A DNA stretch of 64,000 nucleotides, taken from contig NIVC01000257.1 of NCBI GenBank assembly GCA_002269645.1, positions 496,001 to 560,000 on the forward strand, in the 5' to 3' direction. Shown here piece after piece: positions 15,565 to 26,060 of this stretch (position 1 is its first letter; each line of letters opens with the position of its first letter). Under the pieces are notes generated by a model. It saw only the letters and a program-made list of their open reading frames with translations, was not told the origin of the DNA and searched no databases. Both the position numbers and the translations under genes were made by a program. Source of the stretch: Macrostomum lignano (taxonomy: Eukaryota).

Positions 15565-15878
15565 ATGCTTTCCGAAGGAAAGTTCTTTGTTATGCTCTGC
15601 CTCGCCGTCTCGCTCGCCTCTGCTCAACCTGCTGGCCGCGCAAGACCAGCAGCGAGCAACTTGGAGCTGGCAAAGAAACACCTGACTCACGCTGCGGATG
15701 GGCTGCAAGCCTACGTCGAGAGCATCAGATTGGTTCGCCTGCTGAACAAGTCCATCAGTTCGTCTCTGATCGACTTCTCTGAACTGCTGCCATCTGGTGC
15801 CAGCCTACGTACTCAGCTGCACCGATTTCTGCTCATTGTTAAGCGTCTGGAGAGTCAGGAGGAGCCGCATGAGACTGG
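15565..15878 (+). CDS. Secreted four-helix cytokine-like protein 1, exon 1
   Basis: Signal peptide MLSEGKFFVMLCLAVSLASA, amphipathic helices, GTGAGT donor at 15879 (phase 2). Confidence 0.8.
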
Positions 15879-15949
15879 GTGAGTCTTCAGCTGCCGCTTT
15901 CTGTGATTTGTTGAGCTCCTTTCTGAAAGGTGCAAATCACTCTCTGGTT

Positions 15950-16640
15950 GCTTCAGGGAGACTCTAATTGCTTCTGGGAAACTCTAACTGCTTTAGGGAA
16001 ACTCTAATTGCTTCTGGGAAACTCTAACTGCTTCTGGGAAACTCTAATTGCTTCAGGGAAACTCAAATTACTTCAGGGAAATTCTAATTGCTTCTGGGAA
16101 ACTCTAACTGCTTTAGGGAAACTCTAATTGCTTTAGGGAAACTCAAATTACTTCAGGGAAATTCTAATTGCTTCTGGGAAACTCTAACTGCTTTAGGGAA
16201 ACTCTAATTGCTTCAGGGAAACTCAAATTACTTCAGGGAAACTCTAATTGCTTCAGGGAAACTCAAATTACTTCAGGGAAATTCTAATTGCTTCTGGGAA
16301 ACTCAAATTGCTTCAGAGAAACTCAAATTGCTTCAGAGAAACTCAAATTGCTTCAGGGAAACTCTAATTGCTTCAGAGAAACTCAAATTGCTTCAGAGAA
16401 ACTCAAATTGCTTCAGAGAAACTCAAATTGCTTCAGGGAAACTCTAATTGCTTCAGAGAAACTCAAATTGCTTCAGGGAAACTCAAATTGCTTCAGAGAA
16501 ACTCAAATTGCTTCAGAGAAACTCTAATTGCTTCAGAGAAACTCAAATTGCTTCAGGGAAACTCTCATTGCTTCAGGGAAACTCTAACTGCTTCAGGGAA
16601 ACTCAAATTGCTTCAGGGAAACTCAAATTGCTTCAGGGAC
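15950..16640. repeat. 20-bp intronic minisatellite (ACTCTAATTGCTTCAGGGAA)n
   Basis: Visible tandem unit; most units contain TTCNNNGAA. Confidence 0.95.
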
Positions 16641-16706
16641 ATAGGAGAACTACCTACTCTATAAAATCGCACTCAATCCACTGCCACTACTATTGCCATT
16701 ACCCAG

Positions 16707-16932
16707 GTGGCTGAACCGGCTGGAATACATCAGGCAGAACGTGGCGCAAGCCTTCGACTACGTAGGACGCCACTTCAATGACGCGGCAGCCGCCCCGCTG
16801 TGCGCCCAGCTACCAGACCGCCTGCTGCCGCCGGTGCCGCACAAGCAGCGAGAACGTCGGTATCTGCGAGACTATGTTGTGATTGACTGGCTGCACAAGC
16901 AGGTCATGCGGTCAATTCAAGAGCTCGGTTGA
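16707..16932 (+). CDS. Secreted four-helix cytokine-like protein 1, exon 2 (179 aa total)
   Basis: Acceptor CCCAG at 16702-16706, phase matches; WLNRLEYIRQNVAQAFDYV...RERRYLRDYVVIDWLHKQVMRSIQELG*. 314+226=540 nt. Confidence 0.8.
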
Positions 16933-17084
16933 CCTAGTTTCAATTGAGTACATATTTGTAAAAAAAAATTCTATATTATAAATATCATAAATATACGTCA
17001 GAATCTACTTGTAAAATGTTGAATTGAAAAAAATCGCAAGCCTTAATAATTAGCTCGTATTTCTTTGATAAACTTTTGCTCTAT

Positions 17085-17668
17085 GAGGAATTGCTCAGAT
17101 AGTGAGTGACTCAATGGGGAATTACTCAGATTAGTGAGTGACTCAATGGGGAATTGCTCAGATAGTGAGTGACTCAATGGGGAATCGCTCAGATAGTGAG
17201 TGACTCAATGGGGAATTGCTCAGATTAGTGAGTGACTCAATGGGGAATCGCTCAGATATTCAGTGACTCAATGGGGAATCGCTCAGATATTCAGTGACTC
17301 AATGGGGAATTGCTCAGATAGTGAGTGACTCAATGGGGAATCGCTCAGATATTCAGTGACTCAATGGGGAATCGCTCAGATTAGTGAGTGACTCAATGGG
17401 GAATTGCTCAGATTAGTGAGTGACTCAATGGGGAATTGCTCAGATTAGTGAGTGACTCAATGGGGAATTGCTCAGATTAGTGAGTGACTCAATGGGGAAT
17501 TGCTCAGATTAGTGAGTGACTCAATGGGGAATTGCTCAGATAGTGAGTGACTCAATGGGGAATTGCTCAGATAGTGAGTGACTCAATGGGGAATTGCTCA
17601 GATAGTGAGTGACTCAATGGGGAATTGCTCAGATAGTGAGTGACTCAATGGGGAATTGCTCAGATACA
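17085..17668. repeat. 30-31-bp minisatellite (GGGGAATTGCTCAGATAGTGAGTGACTCAAT)n
   Basis: Visible tandem unit, ~19 copies, each with TGACTCA. Confidence 0.95.
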
Positions 17669-18405
17669 TGTAGATAGACTCAATGGCAATCATTATAAGT
17701 ACAATAGTGATGATTAGATTCTAAAGCAAATAATAAGTAACTCCGTGCATACATCGTTATAGATTTTGAACTGTAAAACGTGATTCCAAATCAGGAAAAG
17801 TTCGCAATGTACTTTGATTGTGCCAGAATAATTTTCAATCTATTCACTATTTTCTAAACCTGATTGCATAATGAATGAAACTCTCATTTGCCTGTGGAAT
17901 CATAACCGCATAGCTACTAAATCTGTAGTCTAAAATAGGGGATCTTGTCCCGCGCGCAGTACTCGCACAGGCCGAGAACTTCTTCCTCCCTGCACCTTCT
18001 GCCCGCACAGCACTCGGGTGCTAAACGAGTTATTTTTAGCAGAACCACTCAACACAGCGCAGTTCGCCGCGCAGAAAAAGTACATTGCCTTATAGCTCAG
18101 CTGAACTATTTCTTAGAAATGCTATCGCAAAATTTTCGTTCACAAGCACCGCTGCAGTTCCATTTCTGCTCCTAGTAGAAACGCACCGTACCCTTGATCG
18201 GGGACTTCTTGGGATTTCCAAAAGAAATTTTTTGTTTTTCTTTTCTGAATTTTGTGCTGCCTTTTTTACTTAAAACAAAGTTCGTGTCCCCTGGAATTTC
18301 CAACATCTGATCTGCGACCGCAATGGCATCAGCAACATATAAGCCCCGCTTCTGTCTTAACCTCTGCTGCTCAATTCAACAGTCGGTTCCTGTTTTTTGG
18401 TTGTC

Positions 18406-18541
18406 ATGGCAACGCGAACTGTTTGGGCGCCAGTTGTTTTGCTTTGGTGCTTCGTGGCCGCTCACTGTACGGCCGCTCCTGGACGCCACGTGGTTAAGAA
18501 CCACTGCTTCACCATTCATTTGACCAGATCGCTGCGCTCAG
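18406..18541 (+). CDS. Secreted four-helix cytokine-like protein 2, exon 1 (signal peptide)
   Basis: MATRTVWAPVVLLWCFVAAHCTA; GTGAGA donor at 18542 (phase 1). Confidence 0.7.
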
Positions 18542-18754
18542 GTGAGAGCAATGTTTATGAAGCTTTGGAAATCTGTGCGATGCAGTAGCTTTTATGATTT
18601 CTGCTCTTCACTTCTTTGGCTACGAAGACAAAGTCGAAGCACTTTTTATTGAAGTTATTAAAGTACTTTTCAACTTTAGTCATATCGCTTCTCCTGCTCT
18701 CTCAGTCTGATCTCCAGTCACCGATCTCTATTCCCATTCTTCCATATTTTAACC

Positions 18755-19278
18755 TATTTCTACTCTATTCTATTCTGCTCTACTCTATCCTCCTCTATTC
18801 TATTTTACTCTTCTATTCTACTCTATTCTAGTGTATTATATTCTATTCTATTCTACTCTATTCTTCTGTATTCTACTCTCTATTCCATTGTATTCTACAC
18901 TATTATATTCTACTCCGTGCTACTCTATTCTATTCTATTCTATTCTACTCTATTCTATTCTACTCTATTCTAGTCTATTCTACTCTATTCTATTCTATTC
19001 TACTCTATTCTAGTCTATTCTACTCTATTCTATTCTACTCTATTCTATTCTACTCTATTCTAGTCTATTCTACTCCATTCTATTCTACTCTATTCTAGTC
19101 TATTCTAGTCTATTCTATTCTACTCTATTCTATTCTATTCTGCTCTATTCTATTCTACTCTATTCTATTCTACTCTATTCTATTCTACTCTATTCTATTC
19201 TACTCTATTCTATTCTACTCTATTCTATTCTACTCTATTCTATTCTACTCTATTCTATTCTATCTATTCTATTCTAAG
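18755..19278. repeat. (CTATT)n-type microsatellite
   Basis: Directly visible, in intron 1 of gene 2. Confidence 0.95.
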
Positions 19279-19370
19279 TAGACTCCACTACACTGCACTC
19301 AGTACTAATAATCTCTAATGTGCCTCTATTGCGCAACATAATCTCTTAATCCTCCTCCCCCAATTTGCAG

Positions 19371-19629
19371 CCGACTCCCTGCTGAGAGGCATGGACATCG
19401 TGCGCAAACACCTGGCCCAGGCAATGCAGCTCATGGACAGCTATCAGACTGGCGTGTTCTCGGCTCGGCTCAGAAACAAAACCCTGCCAGCCGGGGTCGC
19501 CAACTTCCAGCTGACGGAGCTCCAGCGAGTCGGCGCAGGAGTTCTTGAACTCTTTGACCGGCTGGCCGTGACCTGCTTGATCGCGGAGCATCTGGAGGCT
19601 CAGGAGAAGCAAGTCTTGGCCACGTCCAG
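19371..19629 (+). CDS. Secreted four-helix cytokine-like protein 2, exon 2
   Basis: Acceptor TTTGCAG at 19364-19370 (phase 1); DSLLRGMDIVRKHLAQAMQLMDSYQ...HLEAQEKQ; donor at 19630 (phase 2). Confidence 0.8.
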
Positions 19630-19667
19630 GTCTGCATTTGGCTTTGAAGTGCTTTGAATAGAATACT

Positions 19668-20190
19668 GAACAATACAGTACTTACAGTAGTCAATACAGT
19701 GCTTACAGTAGTCAATACAGTACTTACAGTAGTCAATACAGTACTTACAGTAGTCAATACAGTACTTACAGTAGTCAATACAGTACTTACAGTAGTCAAT
19801 ACAGTACTTACAGTAGTCAATACAGTACTTCCGTAGTCAATACAGTACTTACAGTAGTCAATACAGTACTTCCGTAGTCAATACAGTACTTACAGTAGTC
19901 AATACAGTGTAGTCAATACAGTACTCACAGTAGTCAATACAGTACTCACAGTAGTCAATACAGTACTCACAGTAGTCAATACAGTACTCACAGTAGTCAA
20001 TACAGTACTTACAGTAGTCAATACAGTACTTACAGTAGTCAATGCAGTACTCATAGTAGTCAATACAGTACTCACAGTAGTCAATACAGTACTCACAGTA
20101 GTAAATGCAGTACTCACAGTAGTAAATGCAGTACTCACTGTAGTAAATACAGTTAGTTATATTATTCAATGCAGTACTTGCAGTAGTCAT
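19668..20190. repeat. 21-bp minisatellite (CAGTACTTACAGTAGTCAATA)n
   Basis: Visible tandem unit in intron 2 of gene 2. Confidence 0.95.
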
Positions 20191-20233
20191 TCAAATTTCG
20201 ATCACAAAGCATAACAAAATTCCCAATTCGCAG

Positions 20234-20543
20234 GTGGAGCCGGCAGCTAGCTGACATCAAGTCCGAGCTGGTGAAGTCTCTGTGCTACTCACACTTGCTG
20301 CTCCATCTGTCCAGCAGCTACTTGTCAGCTGACAGTCTGCAGCACATCCGGTCGCTCTTTGGCCAGTCTCTGATTCCCATCGAGCGCCTGCCACACTCGG
20401 AGCGCGAATGGCGCCACCTTAGGGACTACGCGGTGACCGGCGCTCTGCAGAGGGCGGTTCGCCAGTCCATCTCTGAGCTGCAGCTGATGATGCTGCAGGT
20501 CGCTGGCGGGCTTAGCAACCCCAGCTTAGCAACCCCAGCTTAG
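20234..20543 (+). CDS. Secreted four-helix cytokine-like protein 2, exon 3 (234 aa total)
   Basis: Acceptor CGCAG at 20229-20233; WSRQLADIKSELVKSLCY...PHSEREWRHLRDYAVTGALQRAVRQSISEL; 136+259+310=705 nt; paralogous to gene 1 exon 2. Confidence 0.8.
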
Positions 20544-20795
20544 CAACCCCAGCTTAGCAACCCCAGCTTAGCAACCACAGCTTAGCAACCCCAGCTTAGC
20601 AACCCCAGCTTAGCAACCACTGCTTAGCAACCCCAGCTTAGCAACCCCAGCTTAGCAACCCCAGCCTAGCAACCACAGCTTATAGCAACCCCAGTTTAGC
20701 AACCACAGCTTAGCAACCACAGCTTAGCAACCACAGCTTAGCAACCACAGCTTAGCAACCCCAGCTTAGCAACCGCAGCTTAGCAACCCCAGCGT
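20511..20795. repeat. 14-bp minisatellite (CTTAGCAACCCCAG)n
   Basis: Starts inside the last codons of gene 2 and supplies its TAG stop. Confidence 0.93.
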
Positions 20796-21575
20796 TTAAT
20801 CAGATTTTTGCACTGTTAATAGATTTTTCACAAAAGCATATTTTATTGCAACTTTTAGCTTCTTCTCAAAGTCGCACAACAGAACGCACAATGTTTTGTT
20901 TTTCTATTTAATATTTTATTGATCTAGTCTTTTTAAATCTCTGAAAAGCTTGAAGTCGCATGCTTTGTTCGTTTTATTCGGATATTTCCAATACCAGATA
21001 ACTTTTCCGATCAATTATTTTTAGTAAATAATCGCAATATTCATTCATATTCATTTTAAGATGCAATAGTAATGCAGCTTCTGTTGGTTGGTTGGTATTT
21101 TCTATGCATTTCCATGCACTTTACCGGTTTAATATTGTTCAAGCATTGCCAGCGTTTGCACCCTACTGTTCTACTCACAGTAGAGCATTAGAAACATGCC
21201 TAAGAAATACACTTTACGCTCGTATGAGGACATTTTTGTCCTGCACAATTAAGCGAACGATTAAAGTCTTAAGTTAATTAAAGTCTAGAGTCTTAAGTTA
21301 ATTATTTATTTGATTAAAGTCAGAGTTTAAGGGTTAGAAGAGAGCTATATAAGATAAAGTGATTGTAGAGTTAAACAGGTTAGTGATATTTAAGATTGCA
21401 TACTCTAATATTTCCGATTTTTTCTAAATCGTTATAGTAAAAAATTTACTACGTTTTACACTACAGTACACTACTTCGATTTCTACATGCAAGTGGAAAA
21501 ATAAAGTTTATTATTCATACAGAGATTAGCTTACAGGTCACTTATGAACACATCAAGCTTAATAATCAAAATCCC

Positions 21576-21869
21576 GGGAGCACGAGAATTGCCCGCAAAC
21601 GAATTGCCCGCCGAGATTTGCGCGCCGAGATTTGCCCGCAATGCATTTTGCCCGCGAGTGAATTGCCCGTGGAGATTTGCCCGCCGAGAATTCTTTACTA
21701 AGATTTAATTCATGTAATAAGCATTGGGAAGGCAATGCAGACAAAATCTGCAGTAAAAAAGCATTGCAGGCAAATCTCGGCGGGAAAAGCTCGGCGGGCA
21801 AACCACGGGCAAATCTCCTGCGGGCAAATCTCGGCGGGCAATTCGTCTGCGGGCAATTCTCATGGACCC
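21576..21869. mobile_element. 294-bp MITE with subrepeat-built inverted arms and 9-bp TSD (Mutator-like)
   Basis: TSD CAAAATCCC at 21567-21575 and 21870-21878; termini GGGAGCACGAGAATTGCCCGCA versus reverse complement GGGTCCATGAGAATTGCCCGCA; internal (A)TTGCCCGC / GCGGGCAA(AT) subrepeats. Confidence 0.85.
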
Positions 21870-22388
21870 CAAAATCCCATTTTACTGACTCAATAAAGTC
21901 AACTTGGTGGCGACACTTCATTCTTCATTGACGAATTGGACAGCCAACAGAGGCAAAAGGGGGGTTTAACAAAAACGTTTATTTTTGTTTGTCCGATCTG
22001 AAGCCTGGAATTAATTACAATAATAATAATTAGCGGAACTAACTAGCATTAAATTCAGATAAGGTAGAGAGTAATTTTTAAATATATAGAGCCCCTAAAA
22101 AGCAGTTTGTCATTTGTCCAGCCGTCTATGTACATTTCATTGTACGTTATTTTAAGAGCCCCCATCTCCTTTCGGGTGTACACTGACGCCCAACCACCCC
22201 AACCCCCCGTCCCCACACTGGGGTGAATCTCTCTCTCCCTCTGTTATCAGTAGGCCCCCGGGGAGGGAGGGGCAATCATAATAAATAGACTTGGAGCTCC
22301 ACATAGCGAAAGGCACGAAGCCTTAAAAGTTTGCAGACAAGCTTTGCTTTTGTCTGCACAGGCAGATTAAGGCTAGTCCTTTTCAGCC

Positions 22389-22686
22389 ATGATGCGCGGA
22401 GGTCACTCCGCTCTGTCTGGGACTCCGATCAGTCTAAAGTACTTCTCAGGCGATGGGCCCTGCGTATTACAAAGCGAGCTGCTGCTTGTCCAGCCTGTAT
22501 CAATGAAGACATTAGCTCAGCTGCGCAATGTCCTACTCGCCAAAGCGAAGCACTTCCGTCCAGAGCATCGATTTCGTTCTTTGTCTGGCGAGCTTGTGCC
22601 AATCGATATGGAATCCTGCTTGGCCTTTAACTGCGTGCTGCGCAGCACCAACAGCGTGTTTGTCATTGGTGATGGCGAGAATATTG
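22389..22686 (+). CDS. Probable first coding exon of the Ubl-Ubl-TIR gene (ubiquitin-like-looking domain)
   Basis: GC-rich ORF after acceptor TTTCAG (22381-22386); TLAQLR...FRSLSGELVP...VLRSTNSVFV resembles the 55505 exon; phase-1 donor GTACGC at 22687 matches the phase-1 acceptor at 55504. Confidence 0.6.
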
Positions 22687-23149
22687 GTACGCTAGTGATT
22701 CATTTTGTTTTGGAATACTTTATTTCTCTAGTCTAGGAGATCTGGTTAAGATTTAAATTACATTAAAATTTGATTGAGATTGGATTTCATTCAGATTTAC
22801 GATTGGACAGAGATTGGATAGAGAATAGAGATCAGATAGAGATCTGGTTGAGATATATAGGATAGAGATCTGGTTGAGACTAGCAATCTAGTGCGGCCCC
22901 CCTTCGGGGCGCCCAATAAGAAAGGAGCAAAAATAGTTCATGGAAAACAATAAAAAAACACATTTTCTTAAACACTAATTCCTTCTTCACATTTTAAAAA
23001 TCACCTTATTCGTGTAAAATTGTCACGGACTAAGATGTTTGCAAAATTAAAAAATCACTTTTTCTCTAAAATTAACAAACAGTCAACAAAATATCGTTTC
23101 ACTAAATAGAAAATATTCCCAAGACAGCAAGCAACCCCCTCCAAAAGTG

Positions 23150-23560
23150 AACAATCGCAGATAGCAAGCATCCTCTAATGCTCATAGCAAGAATCACCAC
23201 AGATAGCAAGCATCTGCAGATTAGCAAGCACCCCCCAGATATTATAGAAGCATCCACCCAGATAGCAAGCATCCACTCAGATAGCAAGCATTCTGCAGAT
23301 AGCAAGCACCCCCAGATATTATAGAAGCATCCTGCAGATAGCAAGCACCCCCCAGATATTATAGAAGCATCCACCCAGATAGCAAGCATCCTGCAGATAG
23401 CAAGAATCCCTAAATAGCAAGCATCCTGCAGATAGCAAGAATCCCTGAATAGCAAGCATCCCTGGATAGAAAGAATCCCATGCATGTAGCCAGTACCCCC
23501 TCTCCCAAATAGCAAGTATCCCCCCTCGAGAGCAAGCATCCACGAGACAGCAAGTAGCTA
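23150..23560. repeat. Irregular GATAGCAAGCATCC-core minisatellite
   Basis: Visible degenerate repeats inside H1. Confidence 0.8.
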
Positions 23561-23619
23561 GTGCAAATGTTACTTCCGCTAATGCAATAATCGCTTTCTC
23601 AGGTTGTGCAACAATCCAC

Positions 23620-26060
23620 GTCTCAGCGAGCGCAATAATCTCTTTTTTAGACAGCGCAGTAATCAGCTTCTCAGCTAGTGCAATAATCCTTGGTTTATTA
23701 ATAGCAATAATCCTTGATTAATCAAGTGCAATAATCCTTGGTTTATCAAGTGCAATAATCCTTGGTTTATCAAGTGCAGTAATCTTTGGCTTATCAAGTG
23801 CAATAATCCTTGGTTTATCAAGTGCAATAATCCTTTGTTTATCAAGTGCAATAATCCTTGGTTTATCAAGTGCAATAATCCTTGGTTTATTAAGTGCAAT
23901 AATCCTTGGTTTATCAAGTGCAATAATCCTTGGTTTATCTAGCGCAGTAATCCTTGGCTTATCAGGTGCAATAATCCTTGGTTTATCAAGTGCAATATTT
24001 GTTTATCAAGTGCAATAATCCTTGGTTTATCAAGTGAAATAATCCTTGGTTTATCAAGTGCAATAATCCTTGGCTTATCAACTGCAATAATCCTTGGTTT
24101 ATCAAGCGCAGTAATCTTTGGCCTATCAAGTGCAATAATCCTTGGCTTATCAAGTGCAGTAATCCTTGGCCTATCAAGTGCAATAATCCTTGGTTTATCA
24201 AGTGCAATAATCCTTGGTTTATCAAGTGCAATAATCCTTGGTTTATCAAGTGCAATAATCCTTGGCTTATCAACTGCAATAATCCTTGGTTTATCAAGTG
24301 CAATAGTCCTTGGTTTATCAAGCGCAGTAATCCTTGGCCTATCAAGTGCAATAATCCTTGGCTTATCAAGTGCAATAATCCTTGGTTTATCAAGTGCAAT
24401 AATCCTTGGTTTATCAAGTGCAGTAATCCTTGGCCTATCAAGTGCAATAATCCTTGGTTTGCCAAGAGCAATAATCCTTAGTTTATCGAGTGCAGTAATC
24501 CTTAGTTTTCCAAGTGCAGTAATCCTTGGTTTATTAAGAGCAATAATCCTTGGCTTATCGAGTGCAGTAATCCTTGGTTTGCCAAGAGCAATAATCCTTG
24601 GTTTATCAAGTGCAATAATCCTTGGTTTATCAAGTGCAATAATCCTTGGTTTATCAAGTGCAATAATCCTTGGTTTATCAGATGCAATAATCCTTGGCTT
24701 ATCAACTGCAATAATCCTTGGTTTATCAGATGCAATAATCCTTGGCTTATCAACTGCAATAATCCTTGGTTTATCAAGTGCAATAATCCTTGGTTTATCA
24801 AGCGCAGTAATCTTTGGCCTATCAAGTGCAATAATCCTTGGTTTATCAAGTGCAATAATCCTTGGTTTATCAAGTGCAATAATCTTTGGTTTATCAGATG
24901 CAATAATCCTTGGCTTATCAACTGCAATAATCCTTGGTTTATCAAGTGCAATAATCCTTGGCTTATCAAGTGCAATAATCCTTGGTTTATCAAGCGCAGT
25001 AATCTTTGGCCTATCAAGTGCAATAATCCTTGGTTTATCAAGTGCAGTAATCCTTGGCCTATCAAGTGCAATAATCCTTGGTTTATCAAGTGCAATAGTC
25101 TTTGGTTTATCGAGTGCAGTAATCTTTAGTTTTCCAAGTGCAGTAATCCTTGGTTTATTAAGAGCAATAATCCTTGGTTTATCGAGTGCAGTAGTCCTTG
25201 GTTTATTAATATCAATAATCCTTGAATAATCCAGTGCATTAATCCTTGGCTTATCAAGTGCAACATTCTTTACTATCAAGTGCAATAATCCATGGCTTAT
25301 CAAGTGCAATAATCCTTGGCTTATCAAGTGCAATAATCCTTGGTTTATCAAGTGCAATAATCCTTTGTTTATCAAGTGCAATAATCCTTTGTTTATCAAG
25401 TGCAATAATCCTTTGTTTATCAAGTGCAATAATCCTTGGTTTATCAAGCGCAGTAATCCTTGGCTTATCAAGTGCAATAATCCTTGGTTTATCAAGTGCA
25501 ATAATCCTTGGTTTATCAAGCGCAGTAATCTTTGGCCTATCAAGTGCAATAGTCCTTGGTTTATCGAGTGCAGTAATCCTTGGTTTTCCAAGTGCAATAA
25601 TCCTTGGCTTCTTGAGTGCAGTAATCCTTGGTTTGCCAAGAGCAATAGTCCTTGGTTTATCGAGTGCAGTAATCCTTGGTTTTCCAAGTGCAGTAATCCT
25701 TGGTTTATTAATAGCAATAATCCTTGGCTTCTTGAGTGCAGTAATCCTTGGTTTGCCAAGAGCAATAGTCCTTGGTTTATCGAGTGCATTAATCCTTGGT
25801 TTTCCAAGTGCAATAATTCTTGGCTTCTTGAGTGCAGTAATCCTTGGTTTGCCAAGAGCAATAGTCCTTGGTTTATCGAGTGCAGTAATCCTTGGTTTTC
25901 CAAGTGCCGTAATCCTTGGTTTATTAATAGCAATAATCCTTGATTAATCAAGTGCAGTAATCTTTGGTTTGCCAAGAGCAATAGTCCTTGGTTTATCGAG
26001 TGCAGTAGTCCTTGGTTTATTAATAGCAATAATCCTTGGCTTATCGAGTGCAGTAGTCTA
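23620..26060. repeat. 24-bp satellite (ATCAAGTGCAATAATCCTTGGTTT)n
   Basis: Visible tandem unit; the 3n length explains the long 8-aa-periodic ORFs. Confidence 0.95.

Noticed and set aside
23939-26029. 696-aa ORF with KPRIIALD / LLHLINQG repeats (LRR-like look)
   Set aside because: Translation of a 24-bp (3n) satellite inside a Helitron; several frames are open on both strands and there are no flanking gene signals.
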